Counted from the first letter of the stretch, positions 1 through 9,838 are shown. The stretch: DNA of 64,000 bases from Proteiniphilum sp. (GCF_034927365.1 NZ_JAYFQD010000010.1:160142-224141); one strand, 5' to 3'. Notes: generated from the sequence alone by a model not told the origin. Made by a program: numbers and translations.

Positions 1-384
1 AGTTCCTGTAGCTCCCTGCGCAGTGTTTCATCAATGGTAGGAATGTCATCAATACCTTTACAGACGGCATCAATATACATCATAGATCCTCCTGTCATAA
101 CTACGATCGGATTCTTTTCATATAATTTTGGGAGTAACGAGAGCACCTCCCGTTCATATTCGCTGGCACTGTAATAATCTTCCGGGGAAAGTGTCCCTAC
201 AAAGTAATGGGGTATGTGCTGTAACTGAGTGGTAGTAGGAGCTGCCGTACCTATTGCCATTCCCCGATAAATCTGACGTGAATCGGCCGATAAGATGGGA
301 CATTTCAACAGTTCGGCAATACGCAGGCTCCACTCAGTCTTTCCTACTCCCGTGGGGCCAAGCAGCACAAGGAGCGTATTCATA
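1..384 (-). CDS. miaA: tRNA dimethylallyltransferase MiaA, N-terminal part; gene continues beyond window start
   Basis: Reverse-strand translation from ATG at 382-384 reads [47 protein letters not shown]. That contains the P-loop GPTGVGKT and the ADS(R/M)QIY motif typical of MiaA. No stop codon before position 1. Confidence 0.8.
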
Positions 385-397
385 ATTCAGTAGTTGT

Positions 398-510
398 TCG
401 GTTGTTATTCGTTCGCTTCGCTCACGTTATTCTGTAGATGTTCGGTTGCACTGCGTGCGAAGCACAAATAACAGCGAAGCGAATAACTATTAAGTAACAC
501 CTGAATATCA
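398..510. repeat. Family C composite repeat, degenerate GAATAACNNGCGAAGC units in inverted arrangement
   Basis: 17-bp identity acaaataacagcgaagc with 40083-40099. The reverse complement of 405-438 (ctacagaataacgtgagcgaagcgaacgaataac) matches 40104-40150 with one mismatch. Confidence 0.6.
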
Positions 511-525
511 ATCGAATAAAAAATA

Positions 526-1083
526 TCAATAAAGGTCGTTCGTGTCAGATTCTGCCGGAACATCATCCAATCCATCAAATCCTTCTCTATCCAGTTCTTC
601 CAGTTCGAAACTTTCGTCGCCAAAGAATGTTTCACCCATGTCCAATGAAACAGTGTCTGCCTTGATATCTTCGATTTCTGCAATCTGATTAGGTGCTTCT
701 CCCATTGAAAGCGTACATACGGGAGTTTTCAGATTTTTACCCGGGATAAGTTCGGACAATTCAATAAACAATGCACGTTCGTTAAAGTAATCGAACACGA
801 ACATCATTTTTTGTTTTTCATCCTCCAGATAATCACTTAGGACGCACTCTTCCATTATATAAGAGTCCTCATCTGAATAGGTATCCATCTCTACTAAGGT
901 GATTTCCTGCTTCTTGCGCCATTTATTATCACAAAGGAAGAACGACGCCATCTCTTTATTGCTGAATCCGGTACACTCTATAATAGCATTGTAAAAATCC
1001 AGGAAAGTGTTATCCGAATCAATTTTTATTTCCCTTTTGAAGTTTTCCACTTCATCGGACAGGATTAGAAACTTGAATATCAT
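526..1083 (-). CDS. PRiA4b ORF-3-like (IS1096 passenger TnpR-type) family protein with acidic C-terminus
   Basis: N-terminal pattern MIFKFLILSDEVENFKREIKIDSDNTFLDFYNAIIECTGFSNKEMASFF matches the conserved PRiA4_ORF3 start (YQLKITL...W..I.VP...TL..LH..IQ.A.GW...HLH.F). ORF frame runs to 1104; the internal Met at 1083 is the likely start. Confidence 0.6.
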   Translation of the reverse strand: MIFKFLILSDEVENFKREIKIDSDNTFLDFYNAIIECTGFSNKEMASFFLCDNKWRKKQEITLVEMDTYSDEDSYIMEECVLSDYLEDEKQKMMFVFDYFNERALFIELSELIPGKNLKTPVCTLSMGEAPNQIAEIEDIKADTVSLDMGETFFGDESFELEELDREGFDGLDDVPAESDTNDLY

Positions 1084-1290
1084 TGTGATCTCCGTTTTAT
1101 GCATTATCTATATTTCAAAGGTAGTAAAAAGTTTTAATTTTTTACAATTTGTTTGATTATTTCTTACACATGCGACGGAGTCCTATATGGATGAACCTAA
1201 TGAAAAAACAATTGTTTTATATACACAATGGAATAAGTAATAAACCAGAGTAACAAAAATTAGATCCCAAAATATCCTGGATTTTGATTT

Positions 1291-1635
1291 TTGGCTCTTA
1301 TATTTAAAAAAAATTATATGAAACCAAATTATATGCCCGTCGATCCTGACTATTTTGAAATTTTCGGGCAGGAGATGGAGAAAGATAAGGCGAGAGTGAT
1401 ATATTTTGCTTTTACCAACGAACCTGAACTGGAAGAGTCACTTGGAAAGATCAGAGGAATAGAAGACAAAGGGAGAGAAGGCCATTTCCTCCTTCTGGAG
1501 AACGGAGACCTGATACGTCTCGACAGAATTGTCGTGATCAACGGGATCCCGGGTCCCGCCTATGATGAATATGACTCGTTTGCCCTTGCACCACTCACCT
1601 GTCAGGCTGGTTACGACGATTGTTTTATGGAGTAG
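1291..1635 (+). CDS. hypothetical small protein (start may be Met at 1318)
   Basis: Intact 114-aa ORF with coding-like composition immediately upstream of rpoN. No motif recognised. Confidence 0.45.
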   Translation: MALIFKKNYMKPNYMPVDPDYFEIFGQEMEKDKARVIYFAFTNEPELEESLGKIRGIEDKGREGHFLLLENGDLIRLDRIVVINGIPGPAYDEYDSFALAPLTCQAGYDDCFME

Positions 1636-1750
1636 AATTCATTATCTTTGCTTTCAATTTCAACAGACTATTTTTTGCTATGGCAAAATTTAAACAGATA
1701 TGATTTTACGTATTTAGCTTAACAAAAAACTATTTCATGCAACTGCGTTT

Positions 1751-3202
1751 ATGGCTCTGAAACAGCAACAGGAACTAAAACAAACACAGCGTCTTTCACC
1801 ATTGCAAATGCAGGTGATAAAACTGGTAGAACTCAACTCGATAGAGGTGGAAGACCGCATCAAACAGGAAATAGAAGACAATCCCGCACTGGAAGTCTCG
1901 GATTCCGGGCCTTCCGCTGAGGAAGAAGAGAATAATGAATTCACCGAAGAGATTTTATCCCAGGAAGAGATTATATTGGGTGACTACTCGTCGGAAGATG
2001 ATATTCCGGATTTTCGTCTAAACGGGAATAACAGGAAAAATGAGACCAACATTGTAGAAATCAGTTATTATGACGATAAATCCTTAAGCGACTCTCTTCA
2101 TGAGCAGATCGGATTATTGCAACTGGACGACCAGCGGCAACTGATCGCCGAATATATTATTGGTAATCTTGATGAGAACGGTTACCTTCAACGTGACCTA
2201 CAATCCATTTCTGACGACCTGCTGTTTCAGCAGCAGATAGAGGTATCTCCCCTACAAATGGAGGATGTGTTGTATGAGATTCAAGACCTGGAGCCTGCGG
2301 GAGTGGGAGCCCGTAATTTACGGGAATGCCTTCTGTTGCAACTGGAGCGGTATGAATCCATTCCGGCAGTAAAACATGCCAAAGAGATACTTTCAGTCTA
2401 TTTTGAGGAATTTTCGAAGAAGCATTACGACAAGATTATCCGACAGATGAATATCACGCAGGACGAACTCCGGGAAGCCATCCGTGAGATCACCTCCTTG
2501 AATCCCAAACCGGGGAATGCATTGGGTGGCACAATGCAAACCGCGATGAATAATATTACCCCCGATTTTATCGTAGACTCATACAACGGGGAGGTTTCTA
2601 TCCAACTCAATAATAGCAATGTTCCCAGTTTACAGTTGAATCATTCTTTCTCCGAAATGCTGAAAGGGTATGCCGAAAACAGGGAGAGCATGTCGAACGA
2701 CGACAAGCAGGCTATCCTCTTTATGAAACAGAAAGTGGATTCCGCCAGATGGTTCATCGATGCGGTGAAACAGCGCCAGAATACTCTCCAGCGGACCATG
2801 GAAGCAATCGTAAATATCCAGTACGACTTTTTCCTGACGGAAGATGAAACCCAACTCAAGCCTATGATCCTGAAAGATGTAGCCGAGAGAACCGGCTTCG
2901 ACATCTCTACCGTTTCCCGTGTAAGCAACAGTAAATATGTGCAGACCAACACCGGGATTTATCCGCTTAAATTCTTCTTCTCTGAAGCGATGCAAACCAA
3001 TAGCGGCGAAGATATCTCTTCTAGAGAAGTGAAATTGATCCTCAAAGAAAGTATAGACAAAGAGAATCCTGTCAAACCGCTGACAGACGACCAGCTAACA
3101 CGGATACTCAACGAAAAGGGATATGTAATTGCCCGCCGTACGGTGGCCAAATATCGCGAACAATTGAACATTCCTGTGGCTCGATTGAGAAAAAAAATAT
3201 AA
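1751..3202 (+). CDS. rpoN: RNA polymerase sigma-54 factor
   Basis: C-terminal RpoN box ARRTVAKYREQLNIPVARLRK. Glutamine-rich N-terminus MALKQQQELKQTQRLSPLQMQ. Central core-binding and HTH regions present. 483 aa. Confidence 0.93.
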   Translation: MALKQQQELKQTQRLSPLQMQVIKLVELNSIEVEDRIKQEIEDNPALEVSDSGPSAEEEENNEFTEEILSQEEIILGDYSSEDDIPDFRLNGNNRKNETNIVEISYYDDKSLSDSLHEQIGLLQLDDQRQLIAEYIIGNLDENGYLQRDLQSISDDLLFQQQIEVSPLQMEDVLYEIQDLEPAGVGARNLRECLLLQLERYESIPAVKHAKEILSVYFEEFSKKHYDKIIRQMNITQDELREAIREITSLNPKPGNALGGTMQTAMNNITPDFIVDSYNGEVSIQLNNSNVPSLQLNHSFSEMLKGYAENRESMSNDDKQAILFMKQKVDSARWFIDAVKQRQNTLQRTMEAIVNIQYDFFLTEDETQLKPMILKDVAERTGFDISTVSRVSNSKYVQTNTGIYPLKFFFSEAMQTNSGEDISSREVKLILKESIDKENPVKPLTDDQLTRILNEKGYVIARRTVAKYREQLNIPVARLRKKI

Positions 3203-3229
3203 CTTTGCCAATTCAAAAATTGGAAATGG

Positions 3230-3844
3230 ATGAAGTCAATCGCACACCTAATCTCCACAATCTTTCAACCCCTGCTTATGCCCACATACGGGGTAATGCT
3301 CCTGTTTGTGTACACTTATTTTGGAATAACTTATCCTCACCAGTTCTGGTTGATTATTACTCCGGTAATCCTGTTCTCATTTGCAATTCCGGCTATTCTC
3401 ATATTCATTCTCTATAAGATTGGCGTTATTTCCGACCTGTCACTGAAAGTACGGCGAGAGCGTATCTATCCCTATATGATCACTTTGCTCTCTTACTCTG
3501 TAATGATCTTTTTCTATTACAGAATGCACATGCCCCTATGGTTTTTGATGATCATGATCTCCTCCGTCGCAATTATGTTTGTCGCTATCCTCATCACCCT
3601 AAAGTGGAAAATCAGCGCGCATATGTTCGGTATCGGCGGGCTTATCGGCGGCGCCATGTCAGTAAGTTATTTCGTAGAAAATTCCAATCCCTACTTCATG
3701 TTTATGGGATTGTTTATTATAGCGGGGCTGGTAGGTACTTCAAGACTTATCCTCAGACGCCACACCCTGGCACAGGTGGTTGCCGGATTCCTATTGGGGT
3801 TACTGTTCTCGTTTGTCTTTGTATGGATAGGTGCACGACAGTAA
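3230..3844 (+). CDS. PAP2-superfamily-like integral membrane protein
   Basis: About 6 predicted TM helices. PAP2-like motifs KVRRERIYP, SAHMFG and RRHTLAQVVAG; the last has Gln in place of the usual Asp. Confidence 0.5.
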   Translation: MKSIAHLISTIFQPLLMPTYGVMLLFVYTYFGITYPHQFWLIITPVILFSFAIPAILIFILYKIGVISDLSLKVRRERIYPYMITLLSYSVMIFFYYRMHMPLWFLMIMISSVAIMFVAILITLKWKISAHMFGIGGLIGGAMSVSYFVENSNPYFMFMGLFIIAGLVGTSRLILRRHTLAQVVAGFLLGLLFSFVFVWIGARQ

Positions 3845-3921
3845 GTCTAATAGCTGTTTTTTTGATAGAAGAGAATTAAATCGTATATTTACCGCATAAA
3901 TTTTTAAAAATTGTAATCACT

Positions 3922-4302
3922 ATGAATTTTCCTGAAAATGTAAAGTACTCTTCCGATCATGAATGGGTAAGAGTGGAAGGCAACGAAGCATACGTTGGAA
4001 TTACCGATTTTGCACAAGGCGAATTGGGAGAAATTGTCTATGTAGACGTAACAACAGAAGGTGAGACACTGAATTTAGGAGAAGTTTTCGGAAGTATTGA
4101 AGCCGTAAAAACCGTATCCGATCTGATGATGCCCATCGCAGGGGAGGTATTGGAAGTGAATGCCAGATTGGAAGACGCACCCGAGTTAGTAAACAGCGAC
4201 CCCTTCGGTGAGGGATGGATTATCAAGATAGCAGTTCAGGACATCAATGAACTGCCGGAGTTAATGTCAGCCGCTGAATACAAAGAATTTGTCGGAAAGT
4301 AA
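3922..4302 (+). CDS. gcvH: glycine cleavage system H protein
   Basis: [23 protein letters not shown] start, lipoyl-lysine context [15 protein letters not shown], 126 aa. Confidence 0.92.
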   Translation: MNFPENVKYSSDHEWVRVEGNEAYVGITDFAQGELGEIVYVDVTTEGETLNLGEVFGSIEAVKTVSDLMMPIAGEVLEVNARLEDAPELVNSDPFGEGWIIKIAVQDINELPELMSAAEYKEFVGK

Positions 4303-4305
4303 AAC

Positions 4306-4350
4306 TAATGTGCCAATATGCCAATATGACAATGTGCCAATGTGACTAAT
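4306..4350 (-). repeat. Family A 8-bp tandem array, RTGCCAAT orientation, about 5 units
   Basis: taatgtgccaatatgccaatatgacaatgtgccaatgtgactaat directly after the gcvH stop. Confidence 0.8.
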
Positions 4351-4389
4351 TAAAAAAAGTTGAGAATTCATTTTCAATTCTCAATTCAA

Positions 4390-4450
4390 AAAGTCTTGGT
4401 TCTAACAGTCTTGGTTCTTGACTCTAACAGTCTTGGCTCTAAATAGTCTA
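4390..4450 (+). repeat. Family B 14-15-bp tandem array (AGTCTTGGYTCTAA), about 4 units in the purE leader
   Basis: aagtcttggttctaacagtcttggttcttgactctaacagtcttggctctaaatagtctaaac ends 8 bp before the purE ATG. Confidence 0.8.
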
Positions 4451-4457
4451 AACAAAA

Positions 4458-4964
4458 ATGAATCCATTAGTAAGTATTATTATGGGCAGCACATCTGATC
4501 TGCCCATAATGGAAAAAGCAGCCCAATTTCTCGATGAGATGGAGATTCCGTTCGAGATGAACGCTCTTTCTGCCCATCGCACTCCTGAAGAGGTGGAGAA
4601 GTTCGCAAAAGGAGCTAAAGATAGCGGTATCAAAGTGATAATTGCCGCAGCGGGTATGGCTGCACATCTTCCCGGTGTGATTGCTTCTATGACCACACTT
4701 CCCGTGATTGGCGTACCTATCAAGTCATCACTCGATGGGATGGATGCGTTGCTGGCTATCGTACAGATGCCTCCCGGCATCCCGGTAGCAACGGTAGGGA
4801 TTAACGGTGCACTGAATGCGGCTATCCTGGCATTACAAATGATTGCCACAGGTGATGAGTCGGTACAGAAAAAACTGGCGGATTACAAGGTAAGCCTGAA
4901 AAACAAGATCACCCAGGCTAATCAGGAACTGGCTTCCGTCTCTTATAAATTCAAAACAAACTGA
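4458..4964 (+). CDS. purE: N5-carboxyaminoimidazole ribonucleotide mutase
   Basis: VSIIMGSTSD, SAHRTP, IIAAAGMAAHLPGV, PVIGVP motifs; 168 aa. Confidence 0.93.
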   Translation: MNPLVSIIMGSTSDLPIMEKAAQFLDEMEIPFEMNALSAHRTPEEVEKFAKGAKDSGIKVIIAAAGMAAHLPGVIASMTTLPVIGVPIKSSLDGMDALLAIVQMPPGIPVATVGINGALNAAILALQMIATGDESVQKKLADYKVSLKNKITQANQELASVSYKFKTN

Positions 4965-5026
4965 TTAATAAGGTGGGAAGGTGATAAGGTGGTAAAGTGG
5001 AAAGGTATTGGTAATTTGGTAATTGA

Positions 5027-7105
5027 TTGAAAGATAAAATGAAAAAAATAGTACTTATGGCAACTGTCCTATTTCTGCTGAACGGCTGTAACAATGGCAA
5101 TAAAGCAGACCAGCAGACGCCGGCTGATGATGGTATCGACTACAACACATTCGAATACAAGGTAGACCGTTTCGCGGATATCGAGATACTCCGCTATCCA
5201 GTTCCCGGGTTCAACAGCCTGTCGCTGCAACAGAAAGAATTGATCTATTATTTATCGCAGGCCGCTCTTGAAGGACGTGATATCCTCTGGGATCAACACA
5301 ATCGTTATAATCTGACTATCCGTCGGGTTTGTGAAGGGGTCTACGAAAACTACATGGGCGATAAATCATCCGACCAATGGAAACAATTCGAGACCTACCT
5401 GAAAAGGATATGGATGGCCAATGGTATCCATCATCACTATTCGGAGGACAAGATCATACCGGAATTCCCGCAGGAATACTTTGTCTCCATTGTGAAAGGA
5501 GTAGATCCTGGTCGTATGCCTTTCCGTGATGGCATGGCTGCCGACGAGACACTCAACGAGATCCTTCCGGTAATGTTCGACCCGAATGTGATGCCCAAGC
5601 GGATGAACCAATCGGCAGGTGTGGATATCGTTGCCACCTCGGCAGTGAATTTCTACGAAGGAGTGACACAAAAAGAGGTAGAGGATTTCTATAATGCGAT
5701 GAAAGACCCTAACGACAGCACTCCGGTATCCTACGGCCTTAACAGTAAAGTAATGAAACAGGATGGTGCTGTCACTGAACAAGTGTGGAAACTGGGAGGC
5801 ATGTATGACAAGGCTATCGAACGTATTATCGGATGGTTGGAAAAAGCGACTGTCGTCGCTGAAAACGATCATCAGAAAGAGGTGATTAACTCACTGATTT
5901 CTTACTACCGCACGGGTGACCTGAAAACATTCGACGATTACTCTGTGAAATGGGTAACCGATATCAACTCTCGTGTTGATTTCGTCAATGGCTTTATCGA
6001 AAACTACGCCGATCCCCTAGGTATGAAGGCAACATGGGAATCAATCGTGAACTTCAAGAGTGAAGAAGCTTCCGAACGTACCCGTATCATCAGCGAAAAT
6101 GCGCAGTGGTTCGAAGACAATTCTCCAGTTGACAATCGCTTCAAGAAAGAGGAAGTAAAAGGAATATCAGCCAAAGTGATTACGGCAGCCATGTTGGGTG
6201 GCGACTGCTATCCGGCAACACCCATCGGAATCAACCTACCCAATGCCGACTGGATCCGACGTGATCATGGTTCCAAATCGGTAACCATTGACAATATCAC
6301 CTTCGCTTATAACAAAGCAGCCGAAGGAAACGGTTTCAACGAAGAGTTTATGTGGAGCGACACCGAAAGGGAACGAGCTAAACAATTCGGATCAATGACC
6401 GATAATCTTCATACTGACTTGCATGAATGTCTCGGACATGGATCGGGGAAACTTCTTCCGGGAGTGGACGGCAATGCATTGAAGGAACATGGTTCTACAC
6501 TGGAAGAAACAAGAGCCGACCTCTTTGCACTCTATTATCTGGGCGACCCCAAATTGGTGGAATTGGACCTTTTGCCGGACAACGAGGCCTACAAAACCGA
6601 ATACTACCACTACATCATGAATGGTGCCATGACGCAACTTACACGCATACAACCGGGCAAGAATATTGAAGAGGCACATATGCGTAACAGGGCGTTGATT
6701 GCCAACTGGGTGATAGAGAAAGGAAAAGGCGATAAAGTAATTGAGTTACAGCAACGTGATGGCAAAACGTTTGTAGTGATCAATGACTACGACAAACTAC
6801 GCAGCCTCTTCGGTGAATTACTGGCCGAAGTGCAGCGCATCAAGTCGGAAGGAGATTACCAGGCCGGTAAGAATCTGGTGGAACAATATGCTGTAAAAGT
6901 AAATGCAGATCTCCACAAAGAGGTATTGACACGCTACGCAGCATTGAATATCGCACCTTACAAGGGATTCGTAAACCCCGTTTATAAACTCGTGACCGAC
7001 AGCAAAGGTAAGGTTACAGATGTAACCATCTCGTACGACGAAAACTTTGTAGATCAACATTTGCGCTATTCAAAACAATATTCGGTATTGCCGCTGAAGA
7101 ATTGA
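5027..7105 (+). CDS. dipeptidyl-peptidase III (M49 zinc metallopeptidase), lipoprotein
   Basis: HECLGHGSG (HEXXGH) and EETRADLFALYY (EEXRAE) M49 signatures. Lipobox LFLLNGC. 692 aa. Confidence 0.85.
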   Translation: MKDKMKKIVLMATVLFLLNGCNNGNKADQQTPADDGIDYNTFEYKVDRFADIEILRYPVPGFNSLSLQQKELIYYLSQAALEGRDILWDQHNRYNLTIRRVCEGVYENYMGDKSSDQWKQFETYLKRIWMANGIHHHYSEDKIIPEFPQEYFVSIVKGVDPGRMPFRDGMAADETLNEILPVMFDPNVMPKRMNQSAGVDIVATSAVNFYEGVTQKEVEDFYNAMKDPNDSTPVSYGLNSKVMKQDGAVTEQVWKLGGMYDKAIERIIGWLEKATVVAENDHQKEVINSLISYYRTGDLKTFDDYSVKWVTDINSRVDFVNGFIENYADPLGMKATWESIVNFKSEEASERTRIISENAQWFEDNSPVDNRFKKEEVKGISAKVITAAMLGGDCYPATPIGINLPNADWIRRDHGSKSVTIDNITFAYNKAAEGNGFNEEFMWSDTERERAKQFGSMTDNLHTDLHECLGHGSGKLLPGVDGNALKEHGSTLEETRADLFALYYLGDPKLVELDLLPDNEAYKTEYYHYIMNGAMTQLTRIQPGKNIEEAHMRNRALIANWVIEKGKGDKVIELQQRDGKTFVVINDYDKLRSLFGELLAEVQRIKSEGDYQAGKNLVEQYAVKVNADLHKEVLTRYAALNIAPYKGFVNPVYKLVTDSKGKVTDVTISYDENFVDQHLRYSKQYSVLPLKN

Positions 7106-7129
7106 GGTTGAACAGTATAAATATCAGGA

Positions 7130-7168
7130 TGAGGGTGAAATCACACGAGTGATGCACCCTCATTTTAG
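7130..7168 (+). terminator. Rho-independent terminator candidate after the DPP-III gene
   Basis: Inverted repeat gatgagggtg...caccctcat followed by TTTT. Confidence 0.45.
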
Positions 7169-7237
7169 TAATTATAAAATCGTAAAACTGTCGAATCATT
7201 CAATTACCACTTTCCCACCCTCATCAGCACATCGACT

Positions 7238-7275
7238 CATTGGCACATTGGCATATTGGCACATTGGCACATTAA
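7238..7275 (+). repeat. Family A 8-bp tandem array, ATTGGCAY orientation, about 4.5 units
   Basis: cattggcacattggcatattggcacattggcacatta, 12 bp upstream of the folC ATG. Confidence 0.8.
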
Positions 7276-7286
7276 CTAATTGACTT

Positions 7287-8573
7287 ATGACTTACGAAGA
7301 AACCCTCGACTATCTCTACCACCAGATGCCTGAATATCAACGGATCGGCGATAAGGCATATAAACCAGGGCTTGACAACAGTCTTGCTTTGGATAAGATA
7401 TTTGATCATCCTCATCGTCTTTATAAAACCATCCATGTGGGAGGGACCAATGGAAAAGGCTCTACATCCCATCTTCTGGCTGCCATATTACAGGAATCCG
7501 GATATAAGGTAGGTTTATATACTTCACCCCATCTGATTGATTTCCGGGAAAGGATCCGGGTGAATGGGGAAATGATCAGCCGTGAGTTCGTAGTGGATTT
7601 TGTAGAAAAGTACAAGGAACAGTTTGAACCGGTAATGCCTTCATTCTTCGAGTTGACGATGGAGATGGCCTTTCTCTATTTTGCCTCGCAGGAAGTAGAT
7701 GTAGCCGTGATCGAAGTAGGTTTGGGCGGACGTCTCGACAGTACCAATATCATCTCTCCCGACCTGTGCGTTATCACCAATATCGGATTCGATCATATGA
7801 AGCAACTAGGAAATACATTACCAAAGATCGCAGCCGAGAAAGCCGGAATAATAAAACCATATACACCGGTAGTGATTGGAGAAATGGGTAATACGGAAGT
7901 CACTCAGATCTTTATTGATAAAGCCCAGTCCATAGAGGCTCCTATTGTCTTTGCTGAACTCTCTCTGAGCAAATTTATTGCAGAACGGAAGGATTCCGGA
8001 TGGTTGTTTCATGCCGCCGGTTACCCGGATATAAAGGGAGGATTAAAAGGATTAGCCCAGGATAAGAATGCGCGGACAGTACTGACAGCAGTGGAAGTTT
8101 TACTTGAAGCAGGATATAATATCTCCAAGAATGCAGTGTATGAAGGATTTGAGAATATAATACCCATCACCGGATTAATGGGACGATGGCAACAGTTACA
8201 AACTTCGCCGAGAATTATTTGTGATATTGCGCATAACGCCCATGGGATACGCTATGTAGCAGAACAACTGCAACAGGAGGATTGGGACCGTCTCCATATC
8301 GTGTTCGGTATGGCAAACGACAAGGATATTGATGCGGTACTCGCTCTCATGCCTCAAAAGGGCACTTATTATTTTACCAGAGCATCGGTGGAACGCGCAT
8401 TGGATCAAAAACTACTGGCTGAAAAAGCCGGAACTTACGGATTAAAAGGAGATAGGTTTAGTACCGTAGCCGAAGCGGTGAAAGCTGCAAAAGAAAACGC
8501 CGATAAAAACGATCTCGTTTTCATCGGCGGGAGTTCCTTTATCGTAGCAGATGCGCTGCCACTATTTATATAA
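7287..8573 (+). CDS. folC: bifunctional folylpolyglutamate synthase / dihydrofolate synthase
   Basis: P-loop HVGGTNGKGST, Mur-ligase-type domains, 428 aa. Confidence 0.9.
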   Translation: MTYEETLDYLYHQMPEYQRIGDKAYKPGLDNSLALDKIFDHPHRLYKTIHVGGTNGKGSTSHLLAAILQESGYKVGLYTSPHLIDFRERIRVNGEMISREFVVDFVEKYKEQFEPVMPSFFELTMEMAFLYFASQEVDVAVIEVGLGGRLDSTNIISPDLCVITNIGFDHMKQLGNTLPKIAAEKAGIIKPYTPVVIGEMGNTEVTQIFIDKAQSIEAPIVFAELSLSKFIAERKDSGWLFHAAGYPDIKGGLKGLAQDKNARTVLTAVEVLLEAGYNISKNAVYEGFENIIPITGLMGRWQQLQTSPRIICDIAHNAHGIRYVAEQLQQEDWDRLHIVFGMANDKDIDAVLALMPQKGTYYFTRASVERALDQKLLAEKAGTYGLKGDRFSTVAEAVKAAKENADKNDLVFIGGSSFIVADALPLFI

Positions 8574-9113
8574 TTACCAAATCAACACGATCCGAAAAGT
8601 ATATGTCTGTGGAGCATTTGGATCGCGGGCCAATTGAGAGTCTTTGATAAAGAATTTAACTCTGCTTTTACCCTCGAGTTGGTATTCCGCACTCACTGTT
8701 TCAGTAAAATAGACAACTTCTCCAGTCACATTATCCTCAGCATAATAAGTGTTTACATACGGAAGAAGCTTCTGTACCTCCGGACCATTTTCATATTTAA
8801 TGAAAACATATCCCAACATGGCTCCCACTTCATAAGCATCCTCTTTCAATTCGGGCAAGTCTGCCATAGCATACCATTCAGCGGCATTCTCATCCCACCT
8901 CCAATCGTTTCGGTTAACAGTAATATTGACAACTTCCCATAGTGTAAATGGAAAATCCTGATTATTTTTTCTCAACGCCTCTTCAATCATTCTTCTCACC
9001 TGGCTCTCGGAGACATAATCATCCGGATAATCATCTGAACAAGAATAACCTCCTAACAATACGAAAGCGAATAGCAATGATGCAACAGCTGCTTTAAATA
9101 AACTTTTTACCAT
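8574..9113 (-). CDS. hypothetical lipoprotein, paralog of 9186-9632
   Basis: Lipobox LLGGYSCSDD. Shares W.W...WEA, GYVF, EVQ..LPY, F.ET.S.EY, VKF.I and the C-terminal FRI(V/A)(L/M)IW with the next gene. Confidence 0.6.
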   Translation of the reverse strand: MVKSLFKAAVASLLFAFVLLGGYSCSDDYPDDYVSESQVRRMIEEALRKNNQDFPFTLWEVVNITVNRNDWRWDENAAEWYAMADLPELKEDAYEVGAMLGYVFIKYENGPEVQKLLPYVNTYYAEDNVTGEVVYFTETVSAEYQLEGKSRVKFFIKDSQLARDPNAPQTYTFRIVLIW

Positions 9114-9185
9114 ATCAATATTTTTTATTGGTTTTCACTAATTCGGGCACAAAAATAGGCATTTTATTGAAATAGAGGCATTATA

Positions 9186-9632
9186 TTACCAGATCATCGC
9201 AATCCTGAAATCATATCTCTGCCTTGCAGCCGCATCTTGAATACCGTCGGAAGGCTCAATATAAAATTTCACCTTATTGGTTAAATAGCTGTATTCATAA
9301 CTGATCGTTTCCGTAAACTTACTGCCATCATCCAGAATATAACTTTTTATATAGGGGAGTTGCGTCTGTACCTCGTCCTTATTTTGCTCTCCCAGGAAAA
9401 CATAGCCGATCACCGAACCTTTTTCATAGATGAATTCATCTATATAATCAAGTTCGCGTACCGCTTCCCACCTCCTGTTGGCGGGGTTCCAACTCCATTG
9501 AGAAGCTTCTACGGTAAAATTCTCTATATTCCATGCAGTCTCAATGATATCGTCATCGTTACAAGATGTGGAAAAAAATACAAATCCTAAAAACAATAGA
9601 CCGGCAGAGTAGAGGTTCAATTTTCTTTTCAT
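9186..9632 (-). CDS. hypothetical lipoprotein, paralog of 8574-9113
   Basis: Signal and lipobox FFSTSCNDDD. Ends ...YDFRIAMIW. Internal Met at 9632 chosen as start; the ORF frame extends to 9734. Confidence 0.55.
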   Translation of the reverse strand: MKRKLNLYSAGLLFLGFVFFSTSCNDDDIIETAWNIENFTVEASQWSWNPANRRWEAVRELDYIDEFIYEKGSVIGYVFLGEQNKDEVQTQLPYIKSYILDDGSKFTETISYEYSYLTNKVKFYIEPSDGIQDAAARQRYDFRIAMIW

Positions 9633-9838
9633 AATTTTTTGTTTTAAAAGTCCGAAAACGTCGTTCGTAAAGTAGGACTTGAAAAAAGTTACTACGTTTA
9701 ATTTAAAACAGTAAAAAAGGGAAAAAGTTTGCACCTTTTTCCCTCTATATCGATGATTGTCCGAAGAATTGAACTAACGAATCAATCCATATGATCTTAC
9801 TCCTTCTGAATATCAACGTATCAGTTTTACCCGGAGAC

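Noticed and set aside
405-683. 92-aa ORF on the minus strand
   Set aside because: It lies across the Family C repeat block and overlaps the C-terminus of the PRiA4_ORF3 gene frame. Its repeat-driven, low-complexity composition marks it as spurious.
526-1104. Insertion sequence around the PRiA4_ORF3 gene
   Set aside because: No transposase ORF and no matching terminal inverted repeats are visible; only the Family C block on one side.
1104-1291. tRNA/rRNA genes in intergenic gaps (also 48441-48612 and 49949-50085)
   Set aside because: Read by eye, none of the gaps shows a cloverleaf-compatible 70-90-nt segment with a GTTC/TPsiC-like arm. All gaps are AT-rich promoter-like DNA.
3538-3879. 113-aa Arg-rich ORF (+)
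   Set aside because: Alternative frame inside the PAP2-like membrane protein gene; R/Y-rich nonsense composition.
5366-5872. 168-aa ORF (-) inside the DPP-III gene
   Set aside because: Antisense shadow ORF within a well-supported M49 peptidase CDS.
7238-7275. Sigma-54 promoter reading of the TGGCAC cores in Family A arrays, given that rpoN is in the window
   Set aside because: Sigma-54 needs GG and GC elements spaced as TGGCAC-N5-TTGCW. The arrays have an 8-bp period, so the GC never falls at the required position. The TGGCACcttgcTTataa site at 36818 also fails the spacing.
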